This document shows, one piece after another, positions 1-11,770 of a stretch of 64,000 nt of DNA. Origin of the DNA: Tolypothrix carrinoi HA7290-LM1 (GTDB lineage Bacteria > Cyanobacteriota > Cyanobacteriia > Cyanobacteriales > Nostocaceae); contig JAHHIK010000015.1 of assembly GCA_019358935.1 (NCBI GenBank), positions 37,028 to 101,027 of the forward strand. The letters run 5' to 3'. Each line of letters begins with the position of its first letter. The first letter of the stretch is position 1. The translations under genes were made by a program, and so were the position numbers. The notes beneath the pieces were generated by a model. It ran no database searches and was not told where the DNA came from. It worked only from the letters and a program-made list of their open reading frames with translations.

Positions 1-48
1 ATAAGTTACTAATAAGCTTCTCACACTGTATTTGGCATAAGTTTTTTT

Positions 49-315
49 ATGGACATTCAGTTAATCAACATCGGTTTTGGCAATATCGTGTCTGCCAATC
101 GAGTAGTTGCTATTGTCAGTCCAGAGTCTGCCCCGATTAAGCGGATTATTACTGACGCAAGAGACAGAGGTCAACTGATTGACGCGACTTATGGTCGTCG
201 CACTAGAGCTGTAATTATCACTGATTCCAGCCATGTGATTCTCTCAGCGATTCAACCGGAAACGGTAGCAAATCGCTTTGTAGTTTCCCGCGAGCATCAA
301 GTTGTAGATAATTGA
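49..315 (+). CDS. remA: RemA/DUF370 family regulator
   Basis: LINIGFGN...[22 protein letters not shown] motif; directly upstream of gmk, the usual context. Confidence 0.9.
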   Translation: MDIQLINIGFGNIVSANRVVAIVSPESAPIKRIITDARDRGQLIDATYGRRTRAVIITDSSHVILSAIQPETVANRFVVSREHQVVDN

Positions 316-477
316 TTGGGGGTGGGTTGAAAGCCCCACCCCTATTTGCGCCATATCAGCAGTAATATGTGAATTAGACAAGTTTTCTGTCACCCATGCT
401 ACCAATTTATTAGTCTATACTCGCTCTCGCGAATGACTAATGAATAATGTCTATCGATTAATTCACAAGTTGAGCGG

Positions 478-1077
478 ATGATGCAAGTTTTATCCATCCA
501 GAATGGTGCTACTACCAAAGAATGCCCCCCTCTGGGCAGGCTGATTGTTTTAACAGGTCCCAGTGGTGTCGGCAAAGGCACACTCATGCGATCGCTTCTA
601 CAGCGTTATCCGGAGCTATACTATTCAGTATCCGTGACGACTCGTTCTCCCCGCCCTGGAGAAATCGACGGCAAAAATTATTACTTTATTAGCCGTAACA
701 AATTTGAACAATTGGTTGCTCAAGGTGAATTCCTAGAGTGGGCAGAATTTGCGGGTAACTATTACGGCACTCCTCGTGAAGCGGTACTTAACCAAATTCG
801 CGCCGGTAAGACGGTTGTGCTAGAAATTGAGTTGGAAGGGGCACGACAAATCCGCGCTTCTTTCCCTAGCGCCCTCAGCATCTTTATTCTACCGCCTTCA
901 TTTGAAGAATTAGAGCAACGGATACGCAATCGCGGACAGGATTCAGAAGAAGCGATCGCTCGTCGTCTGCAATGTGCCCAAGAAGAAATTAAAGCCGCTG
1001 AAGAATTTGATATTCAAATCGTGAATGACGATTTGGAGACCGCTGTAAATGCGATCGCTGCTGCTTTATTTGGTTAA
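478..1077 (+). CDS. gmk: Guanylate kinase
   Basis: [10 protein letters not shown]-loop; TTRSPRPGE and [14 protein letters not shown] motifs. Confidence 0.97.
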   Translation: MMQVLSIQNGATTKECPPLGRLIVLTGPSGVGKGTLMRSLLQRYPELYYSVSVTTRSPRPGEIDGKNYYFISRNKFEQLVAQGEFLEWAEFAGNYYGTPREAVLNQIRAGKTVVLEIELEGARQIRASFPSALSIFILPPSFEELEQRIRNRGQDSEEAIARRLQCAQEEIKAAEEFDIQIVNDDLETAVNAIAAALFG

Positions 1078-1318
1078 CAGAACACATTTAAACCACGAAG
1101 GAATTGTTTATCACCCCTTGGACGCTCACCCGGACAAAAATGAGACGGTTCCTTCATCCCTTGGGTATACGCGTAATTTGCGGATCTATAAAACGAACGC
1201 TTGTGCCATTTTTGTCTACACGAGTGTGAAACCCAACAAATAAAGGACACGAAGAAAAAGTTAAGTTTTTCCTTTGTGTCCTTATCTTATTCACACTGTC
1301 ATTTGACTAATGACTAAA

Positions 1319-1840
1319 CTAACCGCCGAATAAACCTTGAATTAGTTCGATATTAGAAGCCACAAGGTAAGCAACTACTGCACCACCAAGACCACCGATT
1401 AAGAAAGCACTGCCAAAGTTACTCCAACCTTCTTTAGTTTTAAAAGAATCTGGAGGATTGGGTACTGTTACCGTGGCAACTGGTTGGGGAGGATTGCTAT
1501 TAGCATACAGGGAGAGGGTGCCAGTCAGAATAACAATCAAGCCAATGGTTGCTAGTAACCCAGCTAAGTTGGCATTATCTGTATTCCGCAGGGGACCCAA
1601 TTTGGCAAAGGGACCAAATATCCAGTAACCATGAGCCATACCGACTTCTAACCCTCGTCTGAAGGTAGTTATACCTGGGCGATAGGCGGGTAAATTATTA
1701 ATAAACCACTTGCTCAACCCAGAAGCATTAATCGGCGTTTCTAGATTTCCCCGCTGCGGATCGCGCCATTCTGGAAAGACAACCTCGCGATTTCTAGCAT
1801 CGCTAGGACTATTTTTTGATGCGTCTATTGCTTGCGCCAT
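1319..1840 (-). CDS. psaL: Photosystem I subunit XI
   Basis: GNLETPIN, NLPAYRPG, RGLEVGMAHGY motifs. Confidence 0.97.
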   Translation of the reverse strand: MAQAIDASKNSPSDARNREVVFPEWRDPQRGNLETPINASGLSKWFINNLPAYRPGITTFRRGLEVGMAHGYWIFGPFAKLGPLRNTDNANLAGLLATIGLIVILTGTLSLYANSNPPQPVATVTVPNPPDSFKTKEGWSNFGSAFLIGGLGGAVVAYLVASNIELIQGLFGG

Positions 1841-2101
1841 ATTTTGCGTTTGCCTCTAAATAAGATGCTTGATTATTTATTATTAGTAATAATTGTGTCT
1901 AAATATGATTTTTAACAGCGAAGTTTAGAAAAGTTAATTAAGCATATATAGAGATGTCAAAATTATATGCTGTTGACAGCATTACCAGTTTCCCAAAATT
2001 AATTTGTTAGCAGTTAGTAGTTAGTTGTCAATTAACTATGTACAGACGCGAGGAACATCGCGTCTCTACTAACTGCTAACAAAATTGTTTAATTCCGTCG
2101 A

Positions 2102-2236
2102 TTATGGCATCGGGTGGAAAAGTAGGTCGGGGAACAAGTTGTTAAATACAATCCACAAAACGGCAACAAAAATCAAATGAGCGAACAGTAAAACTGGTGC
2201 TAGGGAAAGATATTTAAGGAAATAGTTCTGCTGCAT
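2102..2236 (-). CDS. psaJ: Photosystem I subunit IX (44 aa, below the ORF-track cutoff)
   Basis: Hand translation MQQNYFLKYLSLAPVLLFAHLIFVAVLWIVFNNLFPDLLFHPMP; lies between psaF and psaL. Confidence 0.9.
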   Translation of the reverse strand: MQQNYFLKYLSLAPVLLFAHLIFVAVLWIVFNNLFPDLLFHPMP

Positions 2237-2274
2237 GAATCATTCTCCCAAATAAGTAAAATTGAGGTGTATTG

Positions 2275-2772
2275 TTAGCGTGGTGAAATGGGGATTTCGG
2301 TATCTTTAGCTGTCAATTCGCCAGAAAGCAACTCTTTCACGGCGGCTAGGGGCCAAGTAAAGCCTGACAGCATTAGTGAAAATGCCTTTGGCACCTCGAT
2401 CATGATTTCCTTTTTCTCTACGTCCCCACCTTCTTTCTTGATGGCTTGCAGATAGGCGCGACCTACCCAACCAATCCATCCTGCGACATACAGGAAGAGA
2501 ATGCCCGGTATTATAAAGTCACCAGCGCGATCTAGACGACCATCGACTATCAGATGAGGTAAACCTTCTGGACCACACACAGCTTGGGCATAACGCTCAA
2601 ATCGCTTTTGCCCGGAGGCAGGGTCTGAGGTAGTGTTACGCGCCTCTGCTGCCCGTTGTAGAAAAGCAGGAGAGTCCTTGCAGGGTACAAGGTCAGCCCC
2701 TAACGCTTTTGCTGGCGGGGCAAAATTGAACATTAGACAAATCGCCAAAACCAAAGTAAACAATCGTCTCAT
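2275..2772 (-). CDS. psaF: Photosystem I subunit III
   Basis: [36 protein letters not shown]-terminus; start moved to MRRLF at 2772. Confidence 0.97.
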   Translation of the reverse strand: MRRLFTLVLAICLMFNFAPPAKALGADLVPCKDSPAFLQRAAEARNTTSDPASGQKRFERYAQAVCGPEGLPHLIVDGRLDRAGDFIIPGILFLYVAGWIGWVGRAYLQAIKKEGGDVEKKEIMIEVPKAFSLMLSGFTWPLAAVKELLSGELTAKDTEIPISPR

Positions 2773-2947
2773 TGAGTTGTTTCCTTTTATTACGAAACAA
2801 AAAGTTTTAGTACAAAACGAAGCGGCTTGTACAGTGTTTATCAACATTACTAGGAAGTCATCATACTCTTGCCTGGGAACCGAGTAAAGTTTAAGTAAAT
2901 AAAAGTTAAAGCTTCGACATCAAGTCTCAATTAACCATAATCCTGTC

Positions 2948-3994
2948 ATGGCAACCGTTTTAGCTATAGAAACCAGCTGCGATGAAACTGCCGTAGCAAT
3001 TGTAAACAATCGTCAAGTTTGTAGTAGTATTGTTGCCTCGCAAATTCCGGTTCATCAGCAGTATGGCGGGGTAGTACCAGAAGTGGCATCCCGGCAGCAT
3101 CTAGAAACGATAAATCAGGCGATCGCTCAAGCCCTCGAACAAGCAAAACTAGATTGGGAAAAAATCGACGGAATTGCCGCAACTTGTGCCCCCGGACTCG
3201 TGGGAGCGCTTTTAGTGGGGTTAACTGCCGCCAAAACCCTGGCAATAATACACAACAAGCCATTTTTAGGAGTTCACCACCTTGAAGGTCATATTTACGC
3301 GACTTACCTAAGCGAGCCAACTATCAAGCCTCCTTTTCTTAGCTTACTGGTTTCCGGCGGACACACAAGCTTGATTTATGTCAAAGATTGTGGTATATAC
3401 GAAACTTTAGGACAAACTCGCGATGATGCGGCAGGTGAAGCTTTTGATAAAGTAGCGCGGTTGTTAAAGTTGGGCTATCCCGGTGGACCGATGATTGATA
3501 AACTGGCGCAGTCAGGCAATCCGCAAGCCTTTGTTTTGCCAGAAGGAAAAGTTTCCTTACCGGGTGGGGGGTATCATCGGTATGATTCGAGTTTTAGCGG
3601 GTTAAAAACGGCAGTACAGCGACTAGTGCAACAATTTGAGAAAAATGGCGAGCAAGTGCCTTCAGAGGATATTGCGGCGAGTTTTCAAGAAACCGTAGCG
3701 CGATCGCTTACCAAAAGAGCGATCGCCTGTGCCCTTGACTACGATCTGAAAATTATCGCCGTCGGTGGAGGGGTAGCCGCCAACAGCGGTTTGAGGAAAC
3801 ATTTACAAGCAGCCGCCTGTGAGCGTAATCTGCGCGTGTTATTTCCCCCAATGAAATATTGCACCGATAACGCCGCCATGATAGGCTGTACAGCCTCAGA
3901 GCATCTAGGGCTTGGTCATATTTCGCCACTTACCCTAAGCGTTCAATCAAGACTGTCGCTTACCCAAGTCATGGATTTATATCAAATCGGGTAA
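2948..3994 (+). CDS. tsaD: tRNA N6-threonylcarbamoyltransferase
   Basis: [41 protein letters not shown] motifs. Confidence 0.97.
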   Translation: MATVLAIETSCDETAVAIVNNRQVCSSIVASQIPVHQQYGGVVPEVASRQHLETINQAIAQALEQAKLDWEKIDGIAATCAPGLVGALLVGLTAAKTLAIIHNKPFLGVHHLEGHIYATYLSEPTIKPPFLSLLVSGGHTSLIYVKDCGIYETLGQTRDDAAGEAFDKVARLLKLGYPGGPMIDKLAQSGNPQAFVLPEGKVSLPGGGYHRYDSSFSGLKTAVQRLVQQFEKNGEQVPSEDIAASFQETVARSLTKRAIACALDYDLKIIAVGGGVAANSGLRKHLQAAACERNLRVLFPPMKYCTDNAAMIGCTASEHLGLGHISPLTLSVQSRLSLTQVMDLYQIG

Positions 3995-4002
3995 AGAGGA
4001 AA

Positions 4003-4165
4003 GGGGACAAGGGGGACAAGGGGGACAAGGGGACAAGGGGGACACGGGGGACACGGGGACAAGGGGGACAAGGAGACAAAAAGAATAATTCTTCTTTCCC
4101 CCCATCCCCCATCCCCCCATCTCCCCATCTTCCCCTCCCCCACTCCTAACTCCTAACTCCTAACT
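4003..4165. repeat. STRR arrays (GGGGACAA, CCCCCAT, CTCCTAA)
   Basis: Tandem 7-9 bp units between convergent genes. Confidence 0.9.
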
Positions 4166-5071
4166 ATTAACTATTGACCGGATGTGATTGGCAACCGCAT
4201 TTGGCTGCTCTAACATTGCCAAATGTCCGCAATCAGGAATTTCAATCACATTGTCACCAGAGTATTGGAACAGAGAATGAAAGCTAGCTAAATGGCGAAC
4301 ATACTTCGGTTCCATAATTTTATCTTCCGCACCAGCTAAGAAATAAACTGGTTGTTTAATTTTGGATACCAACTGGGGTAAGCGGTTAATTTCTTCCTCA
4401 GTTGTCGAGTCTAGCAGCGTTCCTAGAGCAGCTTCCGGGTCAGCCACAACAAAATCAATCACCCTTTGACGTGCCCAAAAGCGATCCAAAGGACGTGCCA
4501 CAGTATCTCTAGTAAACAGTAAATCAATCAAAGGTACTTGGCACAACCACCTCGGACGGATTTGCAAAAGCCGCTGACCTGTTGAGCGAAATTGCTCAAA
4601 AGCTTCTTTGAGATAAATTCCACCACCTGCGTTAATACAGATGACACCCTTAACGCGATCGAGCATTTGTGCCGCACCCCAAAGAGCGATCGTGCCTCCT
4701 AAAGAATGACCAATTAGCCAAGCACTGGTAATATTCATCTGTTGCAGAAGAAGCGCTAAATCCTGAGCATAAGCAGCTGGAGTATAAACAGAATCGAACG
4801 GATAGCCAACTTGACAACGGTCATTGTCAGTTAGGCTCAAACTAGATGTGTCTTCGCGACTAAAATCAATTTTTGCCTCAGGCTGGGACTCACCAAACCC
4901 ACGCAAATCATAAGACAGGCACTGGAAATCAACTGATAAGTGAGAAATCACAGGTTGCCAGTATCCACGGCTATTGAGCCAACCGTGGATAAAAACTAAA
5001 GCATGGGGGTAGGTCGTGGGAGCCGTTAGCTCGTATGCGTGTGGAACGCCCAATATTTCAATCCTTGCCAT
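4160..5071 (-). CDS. Alpha/beta-fold hydrolase
   Basis: FIHGW, YDLRGFGES, GHSLGG nucleophile elbow, C-terminal GH. Confidence 0.9.
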   Translation of the reverse strand: MARIEILGVPHAYELTAPTTYPHALVFIHGWLNSRGYWQPVISHLSVDFQCLSYDLRGFGESQPEAKIDFSREDTSSLSLTDNDRCQVGYPFDSVYTPAAYAQDLALLLQQMNITSAWLIGHSLGGTIALWGAAQMLDRVKGVICINAGGGIYLKEAFEQFRSTGQRLLQIRPRWLCQVPLIDLLFTRDTVARPLDRFWARQRVIDFVVADPEAALGTLLDSTTEEEINRLPQLVSKIKQPVYFLAGAEDKIMEPKYVRHLASFHSLFQYSGDNVIEIPDCGHLAMLEQPNAVANHIRSIVNS

Positions 5072-5121
5072 AATTCCATCGTACCCTTAAGGGCGGGCGC
5101 GACTAAATACGAGCGAGGAGC

Positions 5122-5182
5122 GTGGGTAGTGGGTAATGGGTAGTGGGTAATGGGTAGTGGGTAATGGGTAATGGGTAGTGGG
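5122..5182. repeat. STRR (TAATGGG/TAGTGGG)n
   Basis: Tandem heptamers. Confidence 0.85.
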
Positions 5183-5259
5183 AGCGTGGTTAAGTGTTGA
5201 CCGTCAACGCTCCAACGCTCCAACGCTCCAGCTAATAACCACTAACAACCTAACTTTTT

Positions 5260-5979
5260 TCATTTTCCCATTAACCTCTGTCGCACCCCTTCGGCAATTT
5301 TGTTACCTAGATATTCAGGAATCAGGCTTTCATTGGGTCCCAACAAGTAAAGAATAAGGCGTGTACGTCCGCGCCAAACCAGTAAATTCGCATTTACCAC
5401 CAGCAAGTCTTCCAGCCAAATGGCGTACATCACTTTGTAGAATAATCCCGGTTGGTTATCAGCTTCAATAACTAAGGCAGGGAGATGAAAGACCGGATCG
5501 ACATAGAATTCGGTTTGTACTTGTTCTAAGCCGGCATCAAGGTTGAATTCTACTGCTAGCATTTCTTCTACCTCAAACCGACCTCCTAAAGCCTCGCGAA
5601 CAGCACGGCAGACGTTTTCGGCGGTTTTCTCGGTCAAAGCTCTACTGCCACGAGACACCAACAGTTTCATAAAAACCAACATCGGCGGTCGGATCTGACC
5701 GTATAGACTTAAACCGTGGATAGTCAGCCCATAAGCTGCCAGCACACCAAAAATATCACTGAGGAGAAAAGACTGGTTGCGGTAGGCAAAATGCAGGGCA
5801 CTTTTGCTACCTTCCGGTTTCAACTCAATAACCGCGCGTCTGGTTTTATAAAGACGGTAGGCTAGCCGCAAATTTTGCAGTTGAATCTCACTGCTAACAA
5901 ATTGCTCATAAAACTGGGGAAACGCTCGGTTAAAGCGTTTTAAAAGTTCCAGGGTCGAAGATTTTAAACCAGAAGCCAT
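5260..5979 (-). CDS. Conserved protein with tandem ACT-like domains
   Basis: IEADNQPGLFYKV and NQSFLLSDIFGVLAAYGLTI resemble ACT motifs; start set at MASGLK because the upstream extension is translated STRR. Confidence 0.7.
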   Translation of the reverse strand: MASGLKSSTLELLKRFNRAFPQFYEQFVSSEIQLQNLRLAYRLYKTRRAVIELKPEGSKSALHFAYRNQSFLLSDIFGVLAAYGLTIHGLSLYGQIRPPMLVFMKLLVSRGSRALTEKTAENVCRAVREALGGRFEVEEMLAVEFNLDAGLEQVQTEFYVDPVFHLPALVIEADNQPGLFYKVMYAIWLEDLLVVNANLLVWRGRTRLILYLLGPNESLIPEYLGNKIAEGVRQRLMGK

Positions 5980-6027
5980 TTTTGGGTTAAGACTCGCTCT
6001 TATTCGTCGCCAAGGGACGCTTGGACT

Positions 6028-6190
6028 AGGGGGAGAGGGGGAGGGGGGGAGCTGGGGGAGCTGGGGGAGCTGGGGAGATGGGGAGATGGGGAGATGGGGA
6101 GGACAAGGAGGATAAATGCTCAATGCCTAATGCCCAATTCCCAATGCCCAATGCCCAATTACCAATTACCTTTTTCCCAATTACCAATGC
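6028..6190. repeat. STRR arrays (GGGGGAGCT, GGGAGAT, CCCAATG)
   Basis: Tandem short units. Confidence 0.85.
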
Positions 6191-6379
6191 CCCAGTCTGG
6201 GCGTGTTTATATACAATTGACTCTCATATCCTTCGGTTTTGGTTAATTTCTCCTAGGCTCTACAACAAAATGCTAAAGTTGAAAATGATTGGTGTGAAAC
6301 ACGCCCTGACTGGCTAAACCAATTGAAAATCCCAAAAACATTAGAAAAATTTTCAGTGTGAGGGGTTGCAAATGGGTAG

Positions 6380-7003
<624 letters not shown>

Positions 7004-7315
7004 TCCCTGAAATAAATAAATATGCTTGCTGACCAAAAGTAAGTTATGATGGTAAAAGCCTATTTTTATTATAGAACTAGGTTCGTTTAACTTATTTCTC
7101 GGTGTAAAGACAAATTTTTGTATTTGCATTTGACAAATTATTTGCAAAATAGTTTGACGATGAAATAAATTAACTAAGCAACCATAAAATCTGATAAGAT
7201 GTCATAGTTGCTCTGCAAAAGCAAAAATATGGTAACGTTACCAAAGTTTTGCTTTTAAACAAAGCAATTATGTCAAATTCATGCTTAACCACTATATAAA
7301 GTGGATTAATATAAC

Positions 7316-7389
7316 CGGGATGTAGCGCAGCTTGGTAGCGCGCCTGCTTTGGGAGCAGGATGCCGCAGGTTCAAATCCTGTCATCCCGA
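7316..7389 (+). tRNA. trnP: tRNA-Pro(TGG)
   Basis: CGGGATG/CATCCCG acceptor stem, anticodon loop TTTGGGA, GGTTCAAATCC T-arm. Confidence 0.97.
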
Positions 7390-7403
7390 TTTTATAATGC
7401 GAA

Positions 7404-7448
7404 TCATAAAACCCTAGATTTATTAGCAGAATCTAGGGTTTTTATGAT
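7404..7448 (+). terminator. Hairpin terminator after tRNA-Pro
   Basis: AAAACCCTAGATT...AATCTAGGGTTTTT inverted repeat with T-run. Confidence 0.75.
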
Positions 7449-8089
7449 TTTTTATTAAAAAATAAAAACTTCCTGAGAGTTTTACTAAAGATTGAGTAAG
7501 GGTTGTACTCAAAAAAGTATCAAGATTATAATTTTTAATTAGTATAAATACATATTTCTTTTGGCGGCATATCTGATTTTAGCATCTCAGTATAAAGCAT
7601 TTATGTTAATTGGGGCGGTAAATGTTTAAATGGTATTCTTGTAAAAATAAGCACATAAAAAAATAAAATTGATGGAACGATCCATTAGGCAATGGCGTCA
7701 ACTATCCTCAGAAAAGACAATAAAATGGCATTTATCGCCTTAAAGGTAGAGGACATTTTTCGCTGCTTGTAGAAAGCCTAACTTTTCACGGTATGTGGAT
7801 TCATGATGTGGGGGTATAAGGTATTAATTTTTCGGAAATTTGCTTTTATTGGGAATTTTTCTGATTTTTCCTACACCCACATCGCTTTCTTCGAGTTTCC
7901 AGATTTCGTCGTTAGGTAGAAAGCGGCAGCAATCAATGCTTTTACAGCATTTCTCTGTGAAAAGCAAGGCGAAATTAAGAAAACAACGCTGTCAATTGGC
8001 GAAGACGATACTATAACTAAAACAAGTTGGTTCTGTGCCAATCCAACCAAAGTCTCGACTTAATTAAAGTATTGATGCGAGGAAAAGTC

Positions 8090-8920
8090 ATGAAATCATT
8101 GGTTCGCTGGGGCGCAACATTAGGATTAATCGGAAGTACACTGCTCTCGACGGTATTTGTGGGAAATGTCCCAGTGCTGGCATTGACAGAACAACAAGTC
8201 AAAGAGAAACTCGATTCAGTACCGGTTTATTTAATTACTAACTCCCAAGGTTTACCTTTAAGCCGTCCTCTTCCACAAGGTAATAACGGGCAAAAATCCA
8301 CTGGTTCTGTAACTGGTGTTTATCTAAGTCGGCAGGAGGCTCAGTCGTTTATTAAAGAATTACAGAATGTTAAAGGCAAAGACCCGAAAATGGATGAAGT
8401 GGTCAAAAGCCTACAAGTGACGGCAGTGCCTTTAGGGGTAATTTATCAGCAATTGCAACAAAGCAAAAATCAGCCAAACCGCCTTCTATTTGCCTTTAAA
8501 CCTGTAGATACGGAGGTGAAGGGAGCGATGGACTTGCTACGTCAAAGCGGTCAGCAAGTAAATCAATTTAAAAGCGTGCCTGTTTTTGCTGTCAGGTTTT
8601 CACCAGAACAAGGATATGTACCAATTCAACTCAAAGCTGACAATCAGCAACTTATTCCTTTGTTTTTAAGCAAGCAAGATGCACAAGGTTTGTTGAATCA
8701 GGTGAAGTCAAAGTATCCTAAAGCTGATATCCAGGTAATAGATGTAGACGGTGTAATTAAAACTTTGCAAGATAAAAACGATAACTGGCTCTCGCAAGTT
8801 GTCTTAGTACCATCCCCAGAGTCGAGAGAATATATCAAGACACTTCCCAGAGAAGGAAATAAGCCTGCTACTCCAGCTGGTGGCGGCAATAAGCCTGCTA
8901 CTACTCCCAAGCGTCCTTAA
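8090..8920 (+). CDS. tic22: Tic22 family periplasmic chaperone
   Basis: Signal peptide, then KEKLDSVPVYLITN..G.PL and IPLFLSKQDAQ motifs. Confidence 0.85.
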   Translation: MKSLVRWGATLGLIGSTLLSTVFVGNVPVLALTEQQVKEKLDSVPVYLITNSQGLPLSRPLPQGNNGQKSTGSVTGVYLSRQEAQSFIKELQNVKGKDPKMDEVVKSLQVTAVPLGVIYQQLQQSKNQPNRLLFAFKPVDTEVKGAMDLLRQSGQQVNQFKSVPVFAVRFSPEQGYVPIQLKADNQQLIPLFLSKQDAQGLLNQVKSKYPKADIQVIDVDGVIKTLQDKNDNWLSQVVLVPSPESREYIKTLPREGNKPATPAGGGNKPATTPKRP

Positions 8921-8930
8921 TGCTTTCGGC

Positions 8931-9836
8931 ATGGTGGATAAGCAGCCAAATCTAGTTTCTGGTTTACAACTTTGGCAGTGGCGCAATGCAGCAATCAAGG
9001 CAGCGATCGCCACTGATGTTTCATCATCTGAGGTAGATTGGTTACTACAAGAAGTAGCTGGTTTAGACCGCTTGGCGTTGCGTTTGGAATCTTTTAAAGA
9101 CTCCTATGCGATCGCTCTAAAATTACCTTTAGAAGATTTAGAGCATCTTTGGCAGAGACGATTAAATGACCGCTTGCCAGTGCAGTACATTGCTGGAGTT
9201 ACACCTTGGCGACAGTTTCAAATCGCGGTGTCGAATGCGGTTTTGATTCCCAGACCGGAAACTGAGTATTTAATTGATTTGGCTGTGGCTGCAAGCTTGG
9301 CAAATCCGCTTTTACAGCAAGGTCACTGGGCGGATTTGGGGACTGGTAGTGGGGCGATCGCTTTAGGATTAGCAGATGTCTTAAGTAAGGCAACGATTCA
9401 TGCTGTTGATTGCAGTTCAGATGCTTTGGCGATCGCCCAACAAAATGCTTTAAATTCCGGTCTGGCTGACCGTATTCGCTTTTATCAAGGTTCTTGGTGG
9501 GAGCCGCTAGAATTGCTCAAAGGTCAATTTAGCGGCATGGTGTCAAATCCGCCTTATATCCCCACCAGCACCGTACCTACGCTACAACCAGAAGTAGTTG
9601 ACCATGAACCACATCTAGCTCTGGACGGGGGTGCTGACGGCTTAGATTGCATCCGCCATTTGATAGAAATTTCTCCGGCTTACTTACGACCTGGTGGCGT
9701 ATGGTTGGTTGAGATGATGGCAGGACAGGCGGATGCAGTGCGTGAAATGTTGCAAAATCAAGGTAGCTATTGCAATGTTGAAATTCATGCTGATTTAGCG
9801 GGAATTGAACGCTTTGCCGTTGCCGAGCGTTGCTAA
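8931..9836 (+). CDS. prmC: Release factor glutamine methyltransferase
   Basis: VLIPRPETE, DLGTGSGAIA, SNPPY, ALDGGADGL motifs. Confidence 0.95.
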   Translation: MVDKQPNLVSGLQLWQWRNAAIKAAIATDVSSSEVDWLLQEVAGLDRLALRLESFKDSYAIALKLPLEDLEHLWQRRLNDRLPVQYIAGVTPWRQFQIAVSNAVLIPRPETEYLIDLAVAASLANPLLQQGHWADLGTGSGAIALGLADVLSKATIHAVDCSSDALAIAQQNALNSGLADRIRFYQGSWWEPLELLKGQFSGMVSNPPYIPTSTVPTLQPEVVDHEPHLALDGGADGLDCIRHLIEISPAYLRPGGVWLVEMMAGQADAVREMLQNQGSYCNVEIHADLAGIERFAVAERC

Positions 9837-9879
9837 TAGATACAAGTAGCTGAGAAAGCGTTGCGTAAGTCCTGGGATT

Positions 9880-11019
9880 TTAAGAGTTGAAGTCAAAAGT
9901 CAAGTTTTCCCGAAGGTCAGAGGGAATTTTTATCATCTCACCTTGGTCACCCAGGCGCTTACGCGCCTCAAAAAATGCTTGCTCCATACCTTGAGTGTAA
10001 TTCAGCAAAAGGAGCTCGTGTTCAAACTGCACGCGACTTTCTATTTCATCTACTAATAGTCGTTTCCATTTATCGATCATTCCCCATTTCACTCCCACAC
10101 TCGGCATGACCATCACACATAAGGGCACAAGTTCCTGTTCTACAGGTCTTATACTTTTCTCTAGCACACTAAGCCACAAGTAAGCCTGGAACATATCTAA
10201 GTCCCGAAGACAAGAGTGTGCTACATCTGGATCGCTCAATCCACCTCTTAGGCTACGATGATCGGGAAATAATTGTAAAAGTCGGCAGTAAACTATTGAA
10301 CCAATCTCAGGAGCCACTCTTAACATTTGCTCAACTAAAGTTAAGGCTGGAGAACCTAGCTGATGTTTAGCGGCAGCTGCACAGACTCGCTGCCACGGGA
10401 TAGCGACTTGTTCTTCAACAAACTTCAAGTAGGGACACAGCAAAACTTTCTCCACTGATGTCAGCTGATTAATAAGTAACTTGTTACTGAAATTGAATAG
10501 CGTAGTCAGAAAGCCAACGACGCGCCAATCCTTTGCTGTTACGTGTTGATCCTGATATTTCAGTAATAGTTGTTCTAGTTCATTTGCCAGCTTTTCTATA
10601 TTTGGTATCGCCGATAACGAAAGAGAAACCTGGTTAGAAACATTTCCTGTTGACATTTGTGTCGTTATAGGAGTGACAACCATACCAGACTGCTGTTGGT
10701 AAATGTCCAGTACTTTCTCATACACTTGGCAGGCAAATTGATTTATTCGCTGCCCCAAGTGAGAATCAATAATGTCAGGAATATATTCATATAGAGATTT
10801 CGCCTGTGTCCCTGCTTGATGGCTTGTGCTATCTAATACATTATTCACTAATTTAGCTGCGGTTAAGCCTCGAGCTTCTGGTGAAGCTGCTTTCATCAAT
10901 TCTCCATAGAACTTGGGATTTTTGGATAGAGAAGATACGTCAACTGTATAACGCTCTGCCCAAAGCTTAACCAAGCGCTCAACCGAGGGACATTTAGAAG
11001 TGTTAGTGGATAGCAGCAT
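9880..11019 (-). CDS. Hypothetical all-helical protein with phycobiliprotein-like C-terminal motif
   Basis: 379-aa ORF containing HSCLRDLDMFQAYL. Confidence 0.7.
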   Translation of the reverse strand: MLLSTNTSKCPSVERLVKLWAERYTVDVSSLSKNPKFYGELMKAASPEARGLTAAKLVNNVLDSTSHQAGTQAKSLYEYIPDIIDSHLGQRINQFACQVYEKVLDIYQQQSGMVVTPITTQMSTGNVSNQVSLSLSAIPNIEKLANELEQLLLKYQDQHVTAKDWRVVGFLTTLFNFSNKLLINQLTSVEKVLLCPYLKFVEEQVAIPWQRVCAAAAKHQLGSPALTLVEQMLRVAPEIGSIVYCRLLQLFPDHRSLRGGLSDPDVAHSCLRDLDMFQAYLWLSVLEKSIRPVEQELVPLCVMVMPSVGVKWGMIDKWKRLLVDEIESRVQFEHELLLLNYTQGMEQAFFEARKRLGDQGEMIKIPSDLRENLTFDFNS

Positions 11020-11179
11020 AAATTAACTTCCTATTATCAAGAGAAAATAATTTACACAAAATTTTATAACTGTACGGGTGCAATTATTGTGTTGTTTGTA
11101 TAAAGTATCCAAGTAAAAAAGTCGTGCGATGTAGTTCGCTCTCGTGTTCAAGGCAGAATTGCGATCGCTTCGGGTTAAT

Positions 11180-11770
11180 ATGACACAAGTTTCTTTAGTA
11201 GACCTTATTGCTGGTGCCCGCGCTGGCTTTTTGGTGAGCTTTCCTACAGATACTGTTCCCGCACTCGCAGCGCTACCAGAAAAAGCAGAATTAATTTTTG
11301 CAGCGAAGCAACGCAGCCTAGATAAACCTTTGATTTTGATGGCAGCAGATGTAGAGGATTTGTGGTCTTATGTTGTAGGTAGTGATGAAGAGTATAAAAT
11401 TTGGCGCTCAGTTATGGATAAGTATTTGCCGGGAGCGTTGACATTGGTGTTACCAGCGTCAGGGTGTGTGCCAAAAGCAATGAATCCTACAGACTCAATG
11501 ACTATTGGTATCCGAATACCGAACAGTGCGATCGCTCAAACTATTTTGGCGCAAACAGGTCCCCTTGCCACTACAAGCGCTAATGTGTCAGGTCAACCTG
11601 CTTTGCAGACAATAACAGAAATAGCGGCTCAGTTTCCCGATGTTCTGACTTTAGCAGAAACAGAATGCCAGGGAGAAACACCAGCCATCGGTGTACCTTC
11701 GACTGTTGCTAAATGGACTGGGAGCAATTGGCAAATTTTACGTCAAGGTGCAGTGAAGTTAGAGTTCTAA
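11180..11770 (+). CDS. tsaC: L-threonylcarbamoyladenylate synthase (Sua5/YrdC)
   Basis: FPTDTV, KQR...KPL, PGALTLVL, TSANVSG motifs. Confidence 0.9.
   Translation: MTQVSLVDLIAGARAGFLVSFPTDTVPALAALPEKAELIFAAKQRSLDKPLILMAADVEDLWSYVVGSDEEYKIWRSVMDKYLPGALTLVLPASGCVPKAMNPTDSMTIGIRIPNSAIAQTILAQTGPLATTSANVSGQPALQTITEIAAQFPDVLTLAETECQGETPAIGVPSTVAKWTGSNWQILRQGAVKLEF

Noticed and set aside
5026..6317. ORFs with PITHY/MPNAQ/PQL runs (likewise 14291, 16866, 19236, 19285, 20591, 20616, 26749, 33870, 39845, 39862)
   Set aside because: Translations of STRR repeats, not credible proteins
6355..6366. Yfr1-like site upstream of the Ycf52-like GNAT gene
   Set aside because: Imperfect match (GTGTGAGGGG) about 90 nt from the start; too weak to call
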